Assembly: GCA_947085465.1 (NCBI GenBank)
Contig: CAMTWQ010000047.1
Span: 3,408-67,407 of the forward strand
Source of the DNA: an uncultured Alphaproteobacteria bacterium
Lineage (GTDB): Bacteria > Pseudomonadota > Alphaproteobacteria > UBA11222
DNA: 64,000 bases
Reading direction: 5' to 3'
Part shown: one piece after another, positions 40,253-50,055 of the stretch
How positions within the stretch are numbered: the first letter of the stretch is position 1
Layout of the letters: every line of letters begins with the position of its first letter
Position numbers and translations under genes: made by a program
The notes under the pieces: generated by a model
Database searches by the model: none
Told to the model about the DNA's origin: nothing
What the model saw: only the letters and a program-made list of their open reading frames with translations

Positions 40253-41377
40253 TCACGCTGCGTTACTTGCAGGCTGGGCCCCGCCCGTCTTGGTGCGCCA
40301 ATGCTCAAGCACCGCATGCGCGCGGTCCTCGGTGAGTGAATCAAACAGCCGGCAAACATATTGCAGATGGCTGGCTGGCGCCGGATCGCCGCCTTGCGCC
40401 TGTTTCAGCAGCAGGGCAGCCGAAATGAATTGGCCGCGATCAGCGCCCGCCGCACGGCAAATTACGGCAAGCCCCTTGTCCTCGCTTTCAGATGCAAAAT
40501 GGGTAAGGTTTTGGACATCGCATCTGACAAGGACAGCCATGCCTTCATAGAATAGCTGTAAATGCCTTTCGCGCAAAAATGCGATCACCCGGGCGACATT
40601 CAATTCACCGCTGGCGTGCAATTTGTCAATGAGCGTGGCGGCCTTATTACTGGAGTCTTTCAATCGCGCCGCGCCCGTGAGCGCCTGCTCCTGATTTACC
40701 TGACCAAGCGCACGATCGATAGTTTCAGGCTCAACGTCAAAATTGAGTAGAATATGCCGCCTTAATTCAGCGGATACGAATGCGAGCATTTTCTGCGCCA
40801 GTTGCGGCGGCAAATCAGCGCGCGCAATGATCGCTTCTTGCAAACTTGCGCGCGACCTGCTCTCCTCAACCATATACGCCATCGCAGCCAATGCAATTTC
40901 CGCAGTCGCGTTATTGATCAGTACACTTATCACATCAGGCTCGCGCTCAAACACAAGAGCGTCACTTACAGCGGCGGAAATCCCGGGACGCCCCGCAACA
41001 ATCAGGCGGTGCGCGCGGGTTTTATTTTTTATTACGTCAATGAGATCCTGCTCATTAAGCAGCGGGCTTTGCGCAATTACTGGCGCTGCTACGATAATTT
41101 CATCCATTGCCAAAGCGTAAATCAATTGTTTGGGCGCGATACCGGACACCGCAAGCTTTTCAGCAAGCTGGGCGCGCATATCAATTTCAAACTCACGCAG
41201 CAGACGGATAAGTATCTCGCCGGCCAGTTGATTTTCCTCAGGGCTGAGTTGATACTTGCCTTCATTGCCGGTAAGGCATAGTTCGCAAACGCGCTCGGAT
41301 AACGCACGCCTTGCCCGGGCGCTGTTATCCCGCGCCAGCGAAATAAGCTCAGTGATCACGGAATTATCCATGCCCAT
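40253..41377 (-). CDS. DUF2336 domain protein (paralog 2)
   Basis: 374 aa, roughly 35-40% identical to paralog 1 in a tandem arrangement, with shared blocks ENQLAGEILIRL, DEIIVAAPVIAQSPLLNEQDLI and ASGELNVARVIAFLRE. Confidence 0.65.
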   Translation of the reverse strand: MGMDNSVITELISLARDNSARARRALSERVCELCLTGNEGKYQLSPEENQLAGEILIRLLREFEIDMRAQLAEKLAVSGIAPKQLIYALAMDEIIVAAPVIAQSPLLNEQDLIDVIKNKTRAHRLIVAGRPGISAAVSDALVFEREPDVISVLINNATAEIALAAMAYMVEESRSRASLQEAIIARADLPPQLAQKMLAFVSAELRRHILLNFDVEPETIDRALGQVNQEQALTGAARLKDSSNKAATLIDKLHASGELNVARVIAFLRERHLQLFYEGMAVLVRCDVQNLTHFASESEDKGLAVICRAAGADRGQFISAALLLKQAQGGDPAPASHLQYVCRLFDSLTEDRAHAVLEHWRTKTGGAQPASNAA

Positions 41378-41417
41378 AGCTTAGCCGCCAATGCTTACTG
41401 CGTGGTAAAGACGGCGC

Positions 41418-42254
41418 TTAACCGCTGGTTATGGTAAACGCCGTGTCATGACTGAGGGCGGGCACGCGCCCGCGCGCCTCCGCCACCAGGTTTGGGTCGA
41501 TTTCGGCAATAATCACGCCTGTTTCCTCGCCCCCATCGGCAAGCACCTCGCCCCAGGGGGCGATCATCAAACTATGCCCATATGTCTTGCGCCCATCGCC
41601 AGAATGGGTGCCGGTTTGCGCCGGAGCAAAAATAAAGCATCCGGTCTCGATGGCGCGGGCGCGCAACAAAATATGCCAGTGCGCCTCGCCCGTGGTTTTG
41701 GTAAACGCTGCGGGAACGGTAAGAAAATCCGCCCCGGCCTTAGCAAGCGCCCGGTACAAATGCCCAAACCGTAAATCATAACAAATGCTAAGACCCAGCC
41801 GTCCCCAGGGAAGATCAGCCGTGACCGCTTCACAACCTGGCTTGAAACTTTTTGATTCCCGGTAACTTTCGCCGCCCGGAAGATCGACATCGAACATATG
41901 AATTTTGTCATAGGTAGTCTTGATTGCGCCGCTGGGATCAAACAGAAAACAGCGGTTGGCCGCTTGCCCTTCGGTCACCCGGATCGGCATTGAACCGATG
42001 AGCAGCCAAACGCCCAATTCACGCGCCAGCTTTGCAAATGCCGCCACCGCCGGATCTTCGGCTTGGGAAAAGGTGCTGGATTCAATCACAGAGGCCTTCA
42101 TGCGGGTGACCAGGGTGGTGATTTCCGGCGTCATAATCAAGGATGCGCCGCGCGCCCGCGCTTCACGCGCCAGCCGCTCGACGGTTGCGATATTTTCCGA
42201 AACAACGCCCGTTGAATTGAGTTGCAGACACGCCGCCTTAAAGATTTCACCCAT
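41418..42254 (-). CDS. carbon-nitrogen hydrolase family protein (nitrilase superfamily amidohydrolase)
   Basis: Catalytic triad context (E..., K in KIHMFD, C in LSICYDLRF); 278 aa. Confidence 0.85.
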   Translation of the reverse strand: MGEIFKAACLQLNSTGVVSENIATVERLAREARARGASLIMTPEITTLVTRMKASVIESSTFSQAEDPAVAAFAKLARELGVWLLIGSMPIRVTEGQAANRCFLFDPSGAIKTTYDKIHMFDVDLPGGESYRESKSFKPGCEAVTADLPWGRLGLSICYDLRFGHLYRALAKAGADFLTVPAAFTKTTGEAHWHILLRARAIETGCFIFAPAQTGTHSGDGRKTYGHSLMIAPWGEVLADGGEETGVIIAEIDPNLVAEARGRVPALSHDTAFTITSG

Positions 42255-42278
42255 TCCCGTCCCCCTTCAAGCAGATGC

Positions 42279-42554
42279 TTAAGAAGCCAATAATTGGTCG
42301 AGTTTGCCAGCTTCTTCCAGCGCATACAATTCATCACAGCCGCCGACATGGGTTTCGCCTATGAATATTTGCGGAACCGTCTGGCCACCATGGGCGCGCC
42401 TGGCCATTTCCGCCCGCAGGGTGGGTGCGCCGTCAACTTCAATTTCCTCAAACGCCACCCCTTTGCGGCTCAATAATTGTTTGGCCCGATGGCAATAGGG
42501 GCACCACATGGAGCTGTAGACCGTCACCGGGCGCTTTTGGGACTTATTCTGCAT
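42279..42554 (-). CDS. grxC: glutaredoxin 3
   Basis: VTVYSSMWCPYCHRAKQLL (CPYC active site) ... TVPQIFIGETHVGGCDEL. Confidence 0.9.
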   Translation of the reverse strand: MQNKSQKRPVTVYSSMWCPYCHRAKQLLSRKGVAFEEIEVDGAPTLRAEMARRAHGGQTVPQIFIGETHVGGCDELYALEEAGKLDQLLAS

Positions 42555-42602
42555 ACGCGGGCCTTTCAAACTAGCGGCAATGGATGAATCGGTTATCGGC
42601 TG

Positions 42603-43385
42603 TTATATGGTCCCGGCGCTACCGCGTACAACCCGTGCGATGGTCAGGATATCCACACGCGCTGCGCCCGCTGATTTTGCCGCCCCGGCGCAGGCCTGGG
42701 CAGTGGCGCCGCTGGTCAGCACATCATCGACCAGTAAAAGTTTACAATCTGCCAATTGGGCCGCATTTTTTGGATTAACTTTTATAGCGCCCTGCAAATT
42801 CCGGCGGCGCTCACCGGCGTTCATGTTTATCATTGCCGGGGTGTTGCGCACCCGTGCGAGCAGGCCCGCAGCCACAGGAATGCCAGATAACCGGCCAAGC
42901 GCCTGCGCTAGCACCGCCGCCTGATTATAGCGCCGCCACCATAACCGGTAGGGATGCAGCGGGACAGGCGCGATTAACTGGGCGTCACACAGCAAGTCCG
43001 CCCCGGCGCGCGCCATCCATGCGGCAAAGCTGCCCGCCCCCTCCATCCGGTCGGCGTGTTTGAAGGCGAGTATCATCCCCCGGCTCGCGTCATTATATTG
43101 AAACACCCCCCGCGCCCGGTCATAAGCGGGCGGTTCAGCGGCGCAAGCACCGCAAACCATCACGCCAGCCGCGCCGCCAACATCAAACGGAAATGGCAGC
43201 CCGCACTGCTCGCACAGAGGCTTTTCAATAAAATTGATGGTCTTCCAGGCGCTGGCGCTCAGTTCACCCGGCCGCGCCACAATCTCGCCGCTGACCAGAC
43301 AGCGCGGCGGCAGAACTGCATCAAGCAGCCTCCCCGCCGCCCATTGCGCACCACTTCCCAGCCGATATAGGTTCTGCGTCCACAT
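42603..43385 (-). CDS. comF: ComF-family phosphoribosyltransferase-domain protein
   Basis: N-terminal double zinc-ribbon (PPRCLVSGE...CEQCG...CGAC) plus a PRTase motif (LLLVDDVLTSGAT). Start at the ATG at 43385. Confidence 0.8.
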   Translation of the reverse strand: MWTQNLYRLGSGAQWAAGRLLDAVLPPRCLVSGEIVARPGELSASAWKTINFIEKPLCEQCGLPFPFDVGGAAGVMVCGACAAEPPAYDRARGVFQYNDASRGMILAFKHADRMEGAGSFAAWMARAGADLLCDAQLIAPVPLHPYRLWWRRYNQAAVLAQALGRLSGIPVAAGLLARVRNTPAMINMNAGERRRNLQGAIKVNPKNAAQLADCKLLLVDDVLTSGATAQACAGAAKSAGAARVDILTIARVVRGSAGTI

Positions 43386-43453
43386 GCCTCTATGCTGAGG
43401 CGTTTTGCAAAATCGCGCAATGCCCGTGATTGCAGATTGCCGCCTGGAGACCA

Positions 43454-44290
43454 ATGCCACAAGACACGACCCCTCGGCCACCCGGGCCAAGCGCCCCGTT
43501 CGACCGGGCGCTGCTGCGCCGTCGCCGCGACAGGGCGGCTGGCAACTTTGCCGCGCACGATTTTCTGGTGCGCGAAGTTGCGGCGCGGCTTATCGAACGA
43601 TTGTGCAGCCTTAAGCGCGGTTTTCCGCTGGCGCTCGATGTTGGCGGCCATAGCGGTCAATTTTCGCGCGCGCTAAGGGATCAGCCCGGTCATGGGGTCG
43701 GTGTACTCGTGCTGTGTGATTTATCGCCCGCGATGAGCGCGACTGCGGCTTGTCTGCGGCTTGCCGCCGATGAAGAGGCATTGCCATTTGCGCCGCAATC
43801 GCTTGATTTGATCGTTAGTGTTTTAAGTTTACACTGGGTCAATGATTTGCCTGGAGCGCTGGCGCAAATCCGCCGCGCCTTGAAACCTGGCGGCGTGTTT
43901 ATGGGTTCCATGCTGGGTGGGCAGACATTGCATGAATTGCGCCATGCTTTGAGCACTGCCGAGATCGAAATCGACGGTGGCCTTAGCCCTCGCGTCTCGC
44001 CTTTCGCGGATGTGCGCGACGCTGGCGCTCTATTGCAACGCGCGGGATTCGCCATGCCCGTCGCCGATAGCGAGCGCATCGATGTGACCTATGCCGATCC
44101 GCTGGCGCTGATGCGTGAATTACGGGGCATGGGCGAAACCAATGCGGCCACGCACCGGCGGCGTAGCTTCCTGCGCCGTTACACGCTTGCCCGCGCCTGT
44201 GAAGTTTATACCGGGAAATTTGGTTTGCCCGATGGCCGTGTGCCCGCAACCTTTGAAGTGATTACATTGACCGGCTGGGCAGAGCTTTAA
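43454..44290 (+). CDS. class I SAM-dependent methyltransferase
   Basis: LDVGGHSGQFSRAL SAM motif and a Methyltransf_11-like core. Divergent from comF. Confidence 0.7.
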   Translation: MPQDTTPRPPGPSAPFDRALLRRRRDRAAGNFAAHDFLVREVAARLIERLCSLKRGFPLALDVGGHSGQFSRALRDQPGHGVGVLVLCDLSPAMSATAACLRLAADEEALPFAPQSLDLIVSVLSLHWVNDLPGALAQIRRALKPGGVFMGSMLGGQTLHELRHALSTAEIEIDGGLSPRVSPFADVRDAGALLQRAGFAMPVADSERIDVTYADPLALMRELRGMGETNAATHRRRSFLRRYTLARACEVYTGKFGLPDGRVPATFEVITLTGWAEL

Positions 44291-44293
44291 CTG

Positions 44294-44455
44294 TTAAAAC
44301 AAGTCAGCCAAACTCGTAAAGAGCGCCAACACCTCCCCGCCAAGCAGGGTCACCGCACCGATAATAACCAGCGCAATACCCCCGGCTATGAGGGCGTATT
44401 CAATCGCCGTTGAGCCCGAGGCGTCGCGTAAGACTCTAGAGCATGTTCGGATCAG
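44294..44455 (-). CDS. flp: Flp/Fap family type IVb pilin (orphan)
   Basis: The ...RVLRDASGSTAIEYALIAGGIALVIIGAV... motif is a Flp prepilin leader plus processing site (G/ST AIEY). Start uncertain: in-frame CTG at 44455, or the ORF-track ATG at 44518, which adds a non-pilin-like extension. Confidence 0.6.
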   Translation of the reverse strand: MIRTCSRVLRDASGSTAIEYALIAGGIALVIIGAVTLLGGEVLALFTSLADLF

Positions 44456-44708
44456 ACGGAATGGCCAGTGGCCATGTGTATCAATCAGATCAGAAATGGC
44501 TCTGGAAAATAAAAACATCGTCGCATCCTCCGGCCTTGTCTCGCCCGCACTCCAGCACCGTTTGCCGGGGTTGAGCGGACAATCCCCATCCAGCTAGGCA
44601 TTCGCGGCCAAGCTTTCAATAACAGGCGTCACAGCCATGCATATTAGCGCAGAAGATTTAACGCTAAATGTACGCCTAAAACCCGTAAAGAAATTATTTA
44701 CCGGCGGC

Positions 44709-45494
44709 CTAATAGGCAGACATGCCACCTTCTGCGGGCACGCTAACGCCATTGATCATGCGCGATTCGTCCGACGCCAGGAACAGCGCGATATTGGCGA
44801 TGTCCTGCGGCTGGCCGATGCCGAACGGATAGCGCTTTGCGTTGATGGCGCCGCCGGGTTGCGGGAGTTCGTTGCCGCCGCCAGCCGGGGCTGCGCCAAA
44901 CCGCGATTTCACCCGATCGGTTAAAATAATGCCGGGGCAGATCGCATTGGCGCGGATATTGTCACGGTAATATTGCCCGGCGAGCGAACGGGTGAACGAG
45001 ATAATCCCGCCCTTGGCCGCCGAATAGACCATCACCCCAAGATTGCCCTTCAATGCGGCCACCGAGGAGACGTTGACGATGGCCCCGCCGCCCGCCTTGA
45101 TCAGATGCGGAATGCCATGCCGGCAGCACAGGAACGGCCCCTTGAGATCGAAATTCATGGTGAAGTCCCAGACGCCGAGATCGACATCGGTGACTTTTTT
45201 ATCCTCAACAATCGAGCCGCCGGCGCAATTGAATAGAATGTTCAGCTTGCCGTATCTGGCCGCCGCGGCGTCAACGCCCACCTTGACGCTAGCGTCATTG
45301 GTGACATCGGTTTGAAAGAATGTGGCGTCGCCGCCGGCGGCGCGAATTTCCGCCTCGCACGCCTTGCCCAAATCTTCCTTCAATTCGAGAATGCCGACCT
45401 TAGCCCCCTCGCGGGCGAAAATATTCGCCGCCGCCCGCGCAATGCCCGAGCCAGCGCCCGTGATGGTCGCCACTTTACCGTCCAGCCTGCCCAT
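44709..45494 (-). CDS. SDR-family oxidoreductase (copy 1)
   Basis: TGAGSGIARAAA Rossmann motif, NCAG, and the S...YxxxK catalytic triad (YSAAK). Confidence 0.9.
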   Translation of the reverse strand: MGRLDGKVATITGAGSGIARAAANIFAREGAKVGILELKEDLGKACEAEIRAAGGDATFFQTDVTNDASVKVGVDAAAARYGKLNILFNCAGGSIVEDKKVTDVDLGVWDFTMNFDLKGPFLCCRHGIPHLIKAGGGAIVNVSSVAALKGNLGVMVYSAAKGGIISFTRSLAGQYYRDNIRANAICPGIILTDRVKSRFGAAPAGGGNELPQPGGAINAKRYPFGIGQPQDIANIALFLASDESRMINGVSVPAEGGMSAY

Positions 45495-45521
45495 GATTTC
45501 CTCCCTTTGTTATATGGTCTC

Positions 45522-46298
45522 CTAATAGGCCGACAAGCCGCCTTCTGCAGGCACGCTGACGCCATTAATCATGCGCGATTCGTCCGACGCCAGGAACAGC
45601 GCGATATTGGCAATGTCCCGCGGCTCGCCAACGCCGAACGGATGCCGCTTCATGCCCATCGCCTTAGCGACCTGGGACCGGTCGGCGTTGACATCGCCGC
45701 CAAAGCGCGACTTCACCCGGTCGGTCAGAATGACTCCGGGGCAAATCGCATTGGCGCGGATATTGTCACGGTAATATTGCCCGGCGAGCGAACGGGTGAA
45801 CGAAATCATCCCGCCTTTGGCCGTCGCATAGACCTGTCCGCCAAAACCGCCTTGTAACGCCGCAGCGGACGAGACGTTGACGATGGCCCCGCCGCCCGCC
45901 TTGATCAGATGCGGAATGCCATGCCGGCAGCACAAGAACGGCCCCTTGAGATCGAAATTCATGGTGAAGTCCCAGACGCCGAGATCGACATCGGTGACTT
46001 TTTTATCCTCGGCAATCGAGCCGCCGGCGCAATTGAACAGAATATTCAGCTTGCCATATTTTGCCGCCGTGGCGTCGATGCCGGCCTTGACGCTCGCGTC
46101 ATTGGTGACATCGGTTTGAAAGAATGTGGCGTCGCCGCCCGCTGCACGGATTTCCGCCTCGCAGGCCTTGCCCAAATCTTCCTTCAATTCGAGAATGCCG
46201 ACCTTGGCCCCTTCGCGGGCGAAAATATTCGCCGCCGCCCGCGCAATGCCCGAGCCAGCGCCCGTGATGGTCGCCACTTTACCGTCCATCCTGCCCAT
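45522..46298 (-). CDS. SDR-family oxidoreductase (copy 2, tandem paralog)
   Basis: N-terminal ~180 aa almost identical to copy 1 at both DNA and protein level; the C-terminal ~80 aa diverge. Start at the ATG at 46298. Confidence 0.9.
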   Translation of the reverse strand: MGRMDGKVATITGAGSGIARAAANIFAREGAKVGILELKEDLGKACEAEIRAAGGDATFFQTDVTNDASVKAGIDATAAKYGKLNILFNCAGGSIAEDKKVTDVDLGVWDFTMNFDLKGPFLCCRHGIPHLIKAGGGAIVNVSSAAALQGGFGGQVYATAKGGMISFTRSLAGQYYRDNIRANAICPGVILTDRVKSRFGGDVNADRSQVAKAMGMKRHPFGVGEPRDIANIALFLASDESRMINGVSVPAEGGLSAY

Positions 46299-46515
46299 GA
46301 TTTCCTCCCCGTTGCCGCCAGTGTTTATTGTCACCAGTATTTTTTGACTGGCCCCATTATGCATAACCAAAAGGCGGCGGCACTGATATTGTCAGCGAAT
46401 TGTCTGATTTCTTCGGCGATGACGTGGAAATGACAGGCTGCTTCGCCCCGATTGTGCATTGCGGGACAAACTGCTAGACCATGCGCCTGAACATTCCCCC
46501 AAACTGGCAGACCCC

Positions 46516-47079
46516 ATGAAAATCAACGGCAATGAAATCCGCATCGGCAACGTTATTCGGCATCAGAACAGCCTGTGGGTGGCGGTCAAGACCAGCCATG
46601 TGAAGCCCGGCAAGGGCGGCGCGTTTGCCCAGGTGGAGCTGAAAAACCTGATCAACGGCTCCAAGCTGAACGAGCGGTTCCGCTCATCGGAAACCGTCGA
46701 GCGGGTGCGGCTGGATCAAAAGGACTATCAGTTTCTCTATGCCGAGGGCGAAAGCCTGACCTTCATGGATCAGGAAAACTTTGAGCAGATACAGATTGAG
46801 GCCGATTTTCTCGGCGAACGCGCAGCGTTTTTGCAAGATGGCATGCAGGTGATGGTTGAATCCTTCGAGGGCCGCCCGATTGGCGTCAAGCTGCCGCAGC
46901 ATGTCACCCTGGAAATCACCGAGACCGAGCCGACCGTAAAGGGGCAAACCGCCGCCTCGTCTTACAAGCCCGCCATGCTGAGCAACGGGGTGCGTTGTAT
47001 GGTGCCGCCATTTTGCGGCGTTGGCGACAAGATCATTGTCGACACCGAAGAAGTGAGCTATCTCCGGCGCGCGGATTAG
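46516..47079 (+). CDS. efp: elongation factor P
   Basis: [45 protein letters not shown] contains the conserved KPGKG loop. Confidence 0.92.
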   Translation: MKINGNEIRIGNVIRHQNSLWVAVKTSHVKPGKGGAFAQVELKNLINGSKLNERFRSSETVERVRLDQKDYQFLYAEGESLTFMDQENFEQIQIEADFLGERAAFLQDGMQVMVESFEGRPIGVKLPQHVTLEITETEPTVKGQTAASSYKPAMLSNGVRCMVPPFCGVGDKIIVDTEEVSYLRRAD

Positions 47080-47092
47080 GGCAAGGGAGATC

Positions 47093-47896
47093 ATGGCGCA
47101 TTCGCCAACCCTCAATGTGATGATTGGCGCTGCCCGCAAGGCGGCCCGCGCGCTGGTGCGCGACTTTGGCGAAGTGGAGCAATTACAGGTCTCGATGAAA
47201 GGGCCGGCGGATTTCGTCTCCAACGCCGATCTGAAGGCGGAAAAAACCCTGATCTATGAGTTGCTGCGCGCGCGGCCCGATTATGGCGTGATCGCCGAGG
47301 AAAGCGGCGTCACCCATGGGGCGGATATGCGCCACCATTGGATTATCGATCCGCTCGACGGCACGCTGAACTTTCTGCACGGTCTGCCGCACTTCGCCAT
47401 TTCCATCGGACTGGCGCGCGACGGCGAGGTGATTGCCGGGCTGGTGTATCATCCGGTCAGCGACGAATGCTATGTGGCGGAAAAGGGCCAGGGCGCCTAT
47501 CTGAACAGCCGCCGCCTGCGCGTCTCGGGCCGTAGCGATCTGCGCCAGGCGATGCTGGCCACCGGCATCCCCTATCACGGCCGGCCAGGGCATGAACAAT
47601 TCCTGCGCGAAATGGCGGCGGTAATGCCTGAGGTGGCGGGCGTGCGGCGGCTTGGCGCGGCGGCGCTTGATCTTGCCTATGTCGCGGCCGGGCGCTTTGA
47701 TGGCTTTTGGGAAAGCGATCTGAAGCCATGGGACATTGCGGCGGGAATTTTGCTGGTGCGTGAGGCGGGCGGCTTTGTCAGCGAAATCGGCGGCGGCGAT
47801 AAAATGCTTGAAAGCGGTAGCGTGCTTGCCGCCAACAGCTATCTGTTTGGCGCGATTAGCGGCTTGCTCACACCCATCGCCGCTGCTATGCAGTAA
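47093..47896 (+). CDS. suhB: inositol monophosphatase family protein (SuhB-like)
   Basis: IAEESG ... WIIDPLDGTLNFLHGLPHFAISI ... motifs. Confidence 0.85.
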   Translation: MAHSPTLNVMIGAARKAARALVRDFGEVEQLQVSMKGPADFVSNADLKAEKTLIYELLRARPDYGVIAEESGVTHGADMRHHWIIDPLDGTLNFLHGLPHFAISIGLARDGEVIAGLVYHPVSDECYVAEKGQGAYLNSRRLRVSGRSDLRQAMLATGIPYHGRPGHEQFLREMAAVMPEVAGVRRLGAAALDLAYVAAGRFDGFWESDLKPWDIAAGILLVREAGGFVSEIGGGDKMLESGSVLAANSYLFGAISGLLTPIAAAMQ

Positions 47897-47980
47897 ATGA
47901 GCTGTAGAAACTTGGGTGCAACATTGGGAATGGGTGAGGTGACGAAACGTCTCCTGCAAGCATCCGGAAATCCAGGTGGC

Positions 47981-48832
47981 ATGCGCCGTGCGCTCGTCAT
48001 CGCGGCGCTTGCTTGCGCCAGTGGCGCGGCCAGCGCGCAGGAAACCATTATTATCGGCAATCCAAGGCCGCTGCCCAGCATTGAAGTGAATCTTGACGCG
48101 ATTGGACTGGCTTCGGGGCACGGCTCTCGCGCGCCCTATTCGGCAACCACCCTGCAAAATTCACGCACACCGCGCCTGGACACGCGGCCCGATTTACTGC
48201 CGCGCAATTTGGCGAATATGCCGCAGGCCCGCGCCGCCACATCGCAACAACTACCGCCGCCAATAGCTACAACCGGCACGCCGGTTGCCGTGCAACGGGA
48301 TGCATTTTTGCCGATGTCGCCGCAGCAACCCACATCCCAACCAAGGGCGCTGGAAGCGATGGCGCCGCCACCGCCAATCCCCAGCGTACGCCCGCCGCCC
48401 GGCGCGAAACGGCCAGAGATTTTGAGCGGCGCGCCGCCGCCCGTATCAATAATTGCGGCTACACCTCCCGAAGCATCGCCCGCGCCGCCACAAAGAGTTG
48501 CGGCCATGCCCTCGTCACCTGTGGCGGCGGCTGGGAAATTCCTGTTGTTCGATCCCGGCAGCGCAGACTTGAGCGCCGAGGCCGCAGGGCAGCTCAGTGC
48601 GCTGGTCGCAAGCCTGCGCGAAGGCGGCGCGCGGGTGCAGCTAAAATCCCACGCGAGCGGCAGTGATGATGGCGCGCAAGCGCGACGCATATCGCTGAAA
48701 CGCGCCCTGGCGGCGCGCGCGGTATTGATGGAGCAAGGCATCGACAGCACCCGCATCGACGTGCGCGCGCTCGGCCCCGTCGCGGATGGCGGCCCACCCG
48801 ACCGAATCGAAGTGATATTGCTCTCGCAATGA
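47981..48832 (+). CDS. secreted Pro-rich protein with C-terminal OmpA-like peptidoglycan-binding domain
   Basis: Signal peptide MRRALVIAALACASGAASA|QE, a long Pro/Ala-rich linker, and a C-terminal block (FDPGSADLSAEAAGQLSALV...RRISLKRALAARAVLMEQGI) consistent with an OmpA-like fold. Its stop overlaps the next gene's start (ATGA). Confidence 0.7.
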   Translation: MRRALVIAALACASGAASAQETIIIGNPRPLPSIEVNLDAIGLASGHGSRAPYSATTLQNSRTPRLDTRPDLLPRNLANMPQARAATSQQLPPPIATTGTPVAVQRDAFLPMSPQQPTSQPRALEAMAPPPPIPSVRPPPGAKRPEILSGAPPPVSIIAATPPEASPAPPQRVAAMPSSPVAAAGKFLLFDPGSADLSAEAAGQLSALVASLREGGARVQLKSHASGSDDGAQARRISLKRALAARAVLMEQGIDSTRIDVRALGPVADGGPPDRIEVILLSQ

Positions 48833-50055
48833 GCGCGCCATCGGATCAGGCCCAGCTTGCAGCGCCGCCGCCGGACGGCGCGGTTGCCACGATTCCATTG
48901 GAGACGTTCTCGGGCCAGCGGCGGTTTTTGATCCGCATGGGGGTATTTCTGGCCGCCACCACTGCTGTGGCGGTTGCGCTTACCGGGCCGCTCGGCCATG
49001 CCTTTGCCGTCAACCCGGCGTTAAACGGGCTGATCATCGCAGTGTTGCTGTTTGGCGTATTTTATAATTTCCGGCAGGTGCTGCAATTAGGCCCGGAAAT
49101 CGAATGGATTGAAGCGTTTCAGCGTGACAGTGCAGGCCTGCCCGCAGCGCCGCCTATTTTGCTGGCGCCGATGGCGGTCATGCTGGGCGAACGCCAGGGC
49201 CGTTTGCGGCTCTCGGCGCCGGCCACCCGCGCAATTCTCGATTCAGTTTTCATCCGGCTGGATGAATCGCGCGACAACTCGCGCTATATGATCGGGCTGC
49301 TGATTTTTCTTGGCCTGCTCGGCACCTTTTGGGGGCTGATCGCAACATTGAGTTCAATTGGCGCCACGATCCAGAATCTCTCCGTTGAGGGGGGCGACAT
49401 CACTGCCGTCTTTAATCAGATGAAGGCCGGGCTGCAAACGCCATTAAGCGGCATGGGCACGGCGTTTTCTTCATCGCTTTTTGGCCTAAGCGGATCATTG
49501 GTGCTGGGCTTTCTCGATCTCAACGCCTCGCAGGCGCAGAACCGTTTTTACAATGAATTCGAAGAATGGATTTCCGGCCTGACACGGCTGGGTTCGGGCA
49601 GTGCGCTGAGCGAAGGCGAAACTTCGGTTCCGGTTTATATCACCGCCCTGCTGGAACAAACCGCCGATAGTGTCGAGCGGCTGCAAAATGTGATCGCGCG
49701 CAATGAGGACAGCCGTGCGGCCGGCAATCAGGCGCTCATGTCATTGGCGACGCAACTGGCTACCCTCACCGATTCCATGCAGAACGAACAGAACATGCTG
49801 CGACGGCTGGCCGATAATCAGAGCGAATTGCGGCCTGTTCTGGAGCGCCTGGCGCGTCAGCGTGAAACCGGCGAGGGCGCCCTTGACATCGCCAGCCGTC
49901 AGCATCTGCGTAATATGGATGTGCAGCTATCGCGCCTGGTGCAGGATGTGGCGGATGGCAGGGAACGGGCGTTAAGCGAACTTCGATCAGAAATAAAACT
50001 GCTGACCCGAACCGTTGCTGGATTGGACGGCGAGCGGCGCAAGGATTCCTCCTGA
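48829..50055 (+). CDS. MotA/TolQ/ExbB-family proton-channel protein with ~170-aa C-terminal coiled-coil cytoplasmic tail
   Basis: Four predicted TM helices. The TM3 signature IFLGLLGTFWGLIATL matches the ExbB/TolQ LGLLGTVWGI motif. The C-terminal third is heptad-like and Q/E/R/L-rich. Translationally coupled on both sides. Confidence 0.75.
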   Translation: MSAPSDQAQLAAPPPDGAVATIPLETFSGQRRFLIRMGVFLAATTAVAVALTGPLGHAFAVNPALNGLIIAVLLFGVFYNFRQVLQLGPEIEWIEAFQRDSAGLPAAPPILLAPMAVMLGERQGRLRLSAPATRAILDSVFIRLDESRDNSRYMIGLLIFLGLLGTFWGLIATLSSIGATIQNLSVEGGDITAVFNQMKAGLQTPLSGMGTAFSSSLFGLSGSLVLGFLDLNASQAQNRFYNEFEEWISGLTRLGSGSALSEGETSVPVYITALLEQTADSVERLQNVIARNEDSRAAGNQALMSLATQLATLTDSMQNEQNMLRRLADNQSELRPVLERLARQRETGEGALDIASRQHLRNMDVQLSRLVQDVADGRERALSELRSEIKLLTRTVAGLDGERRKDSS

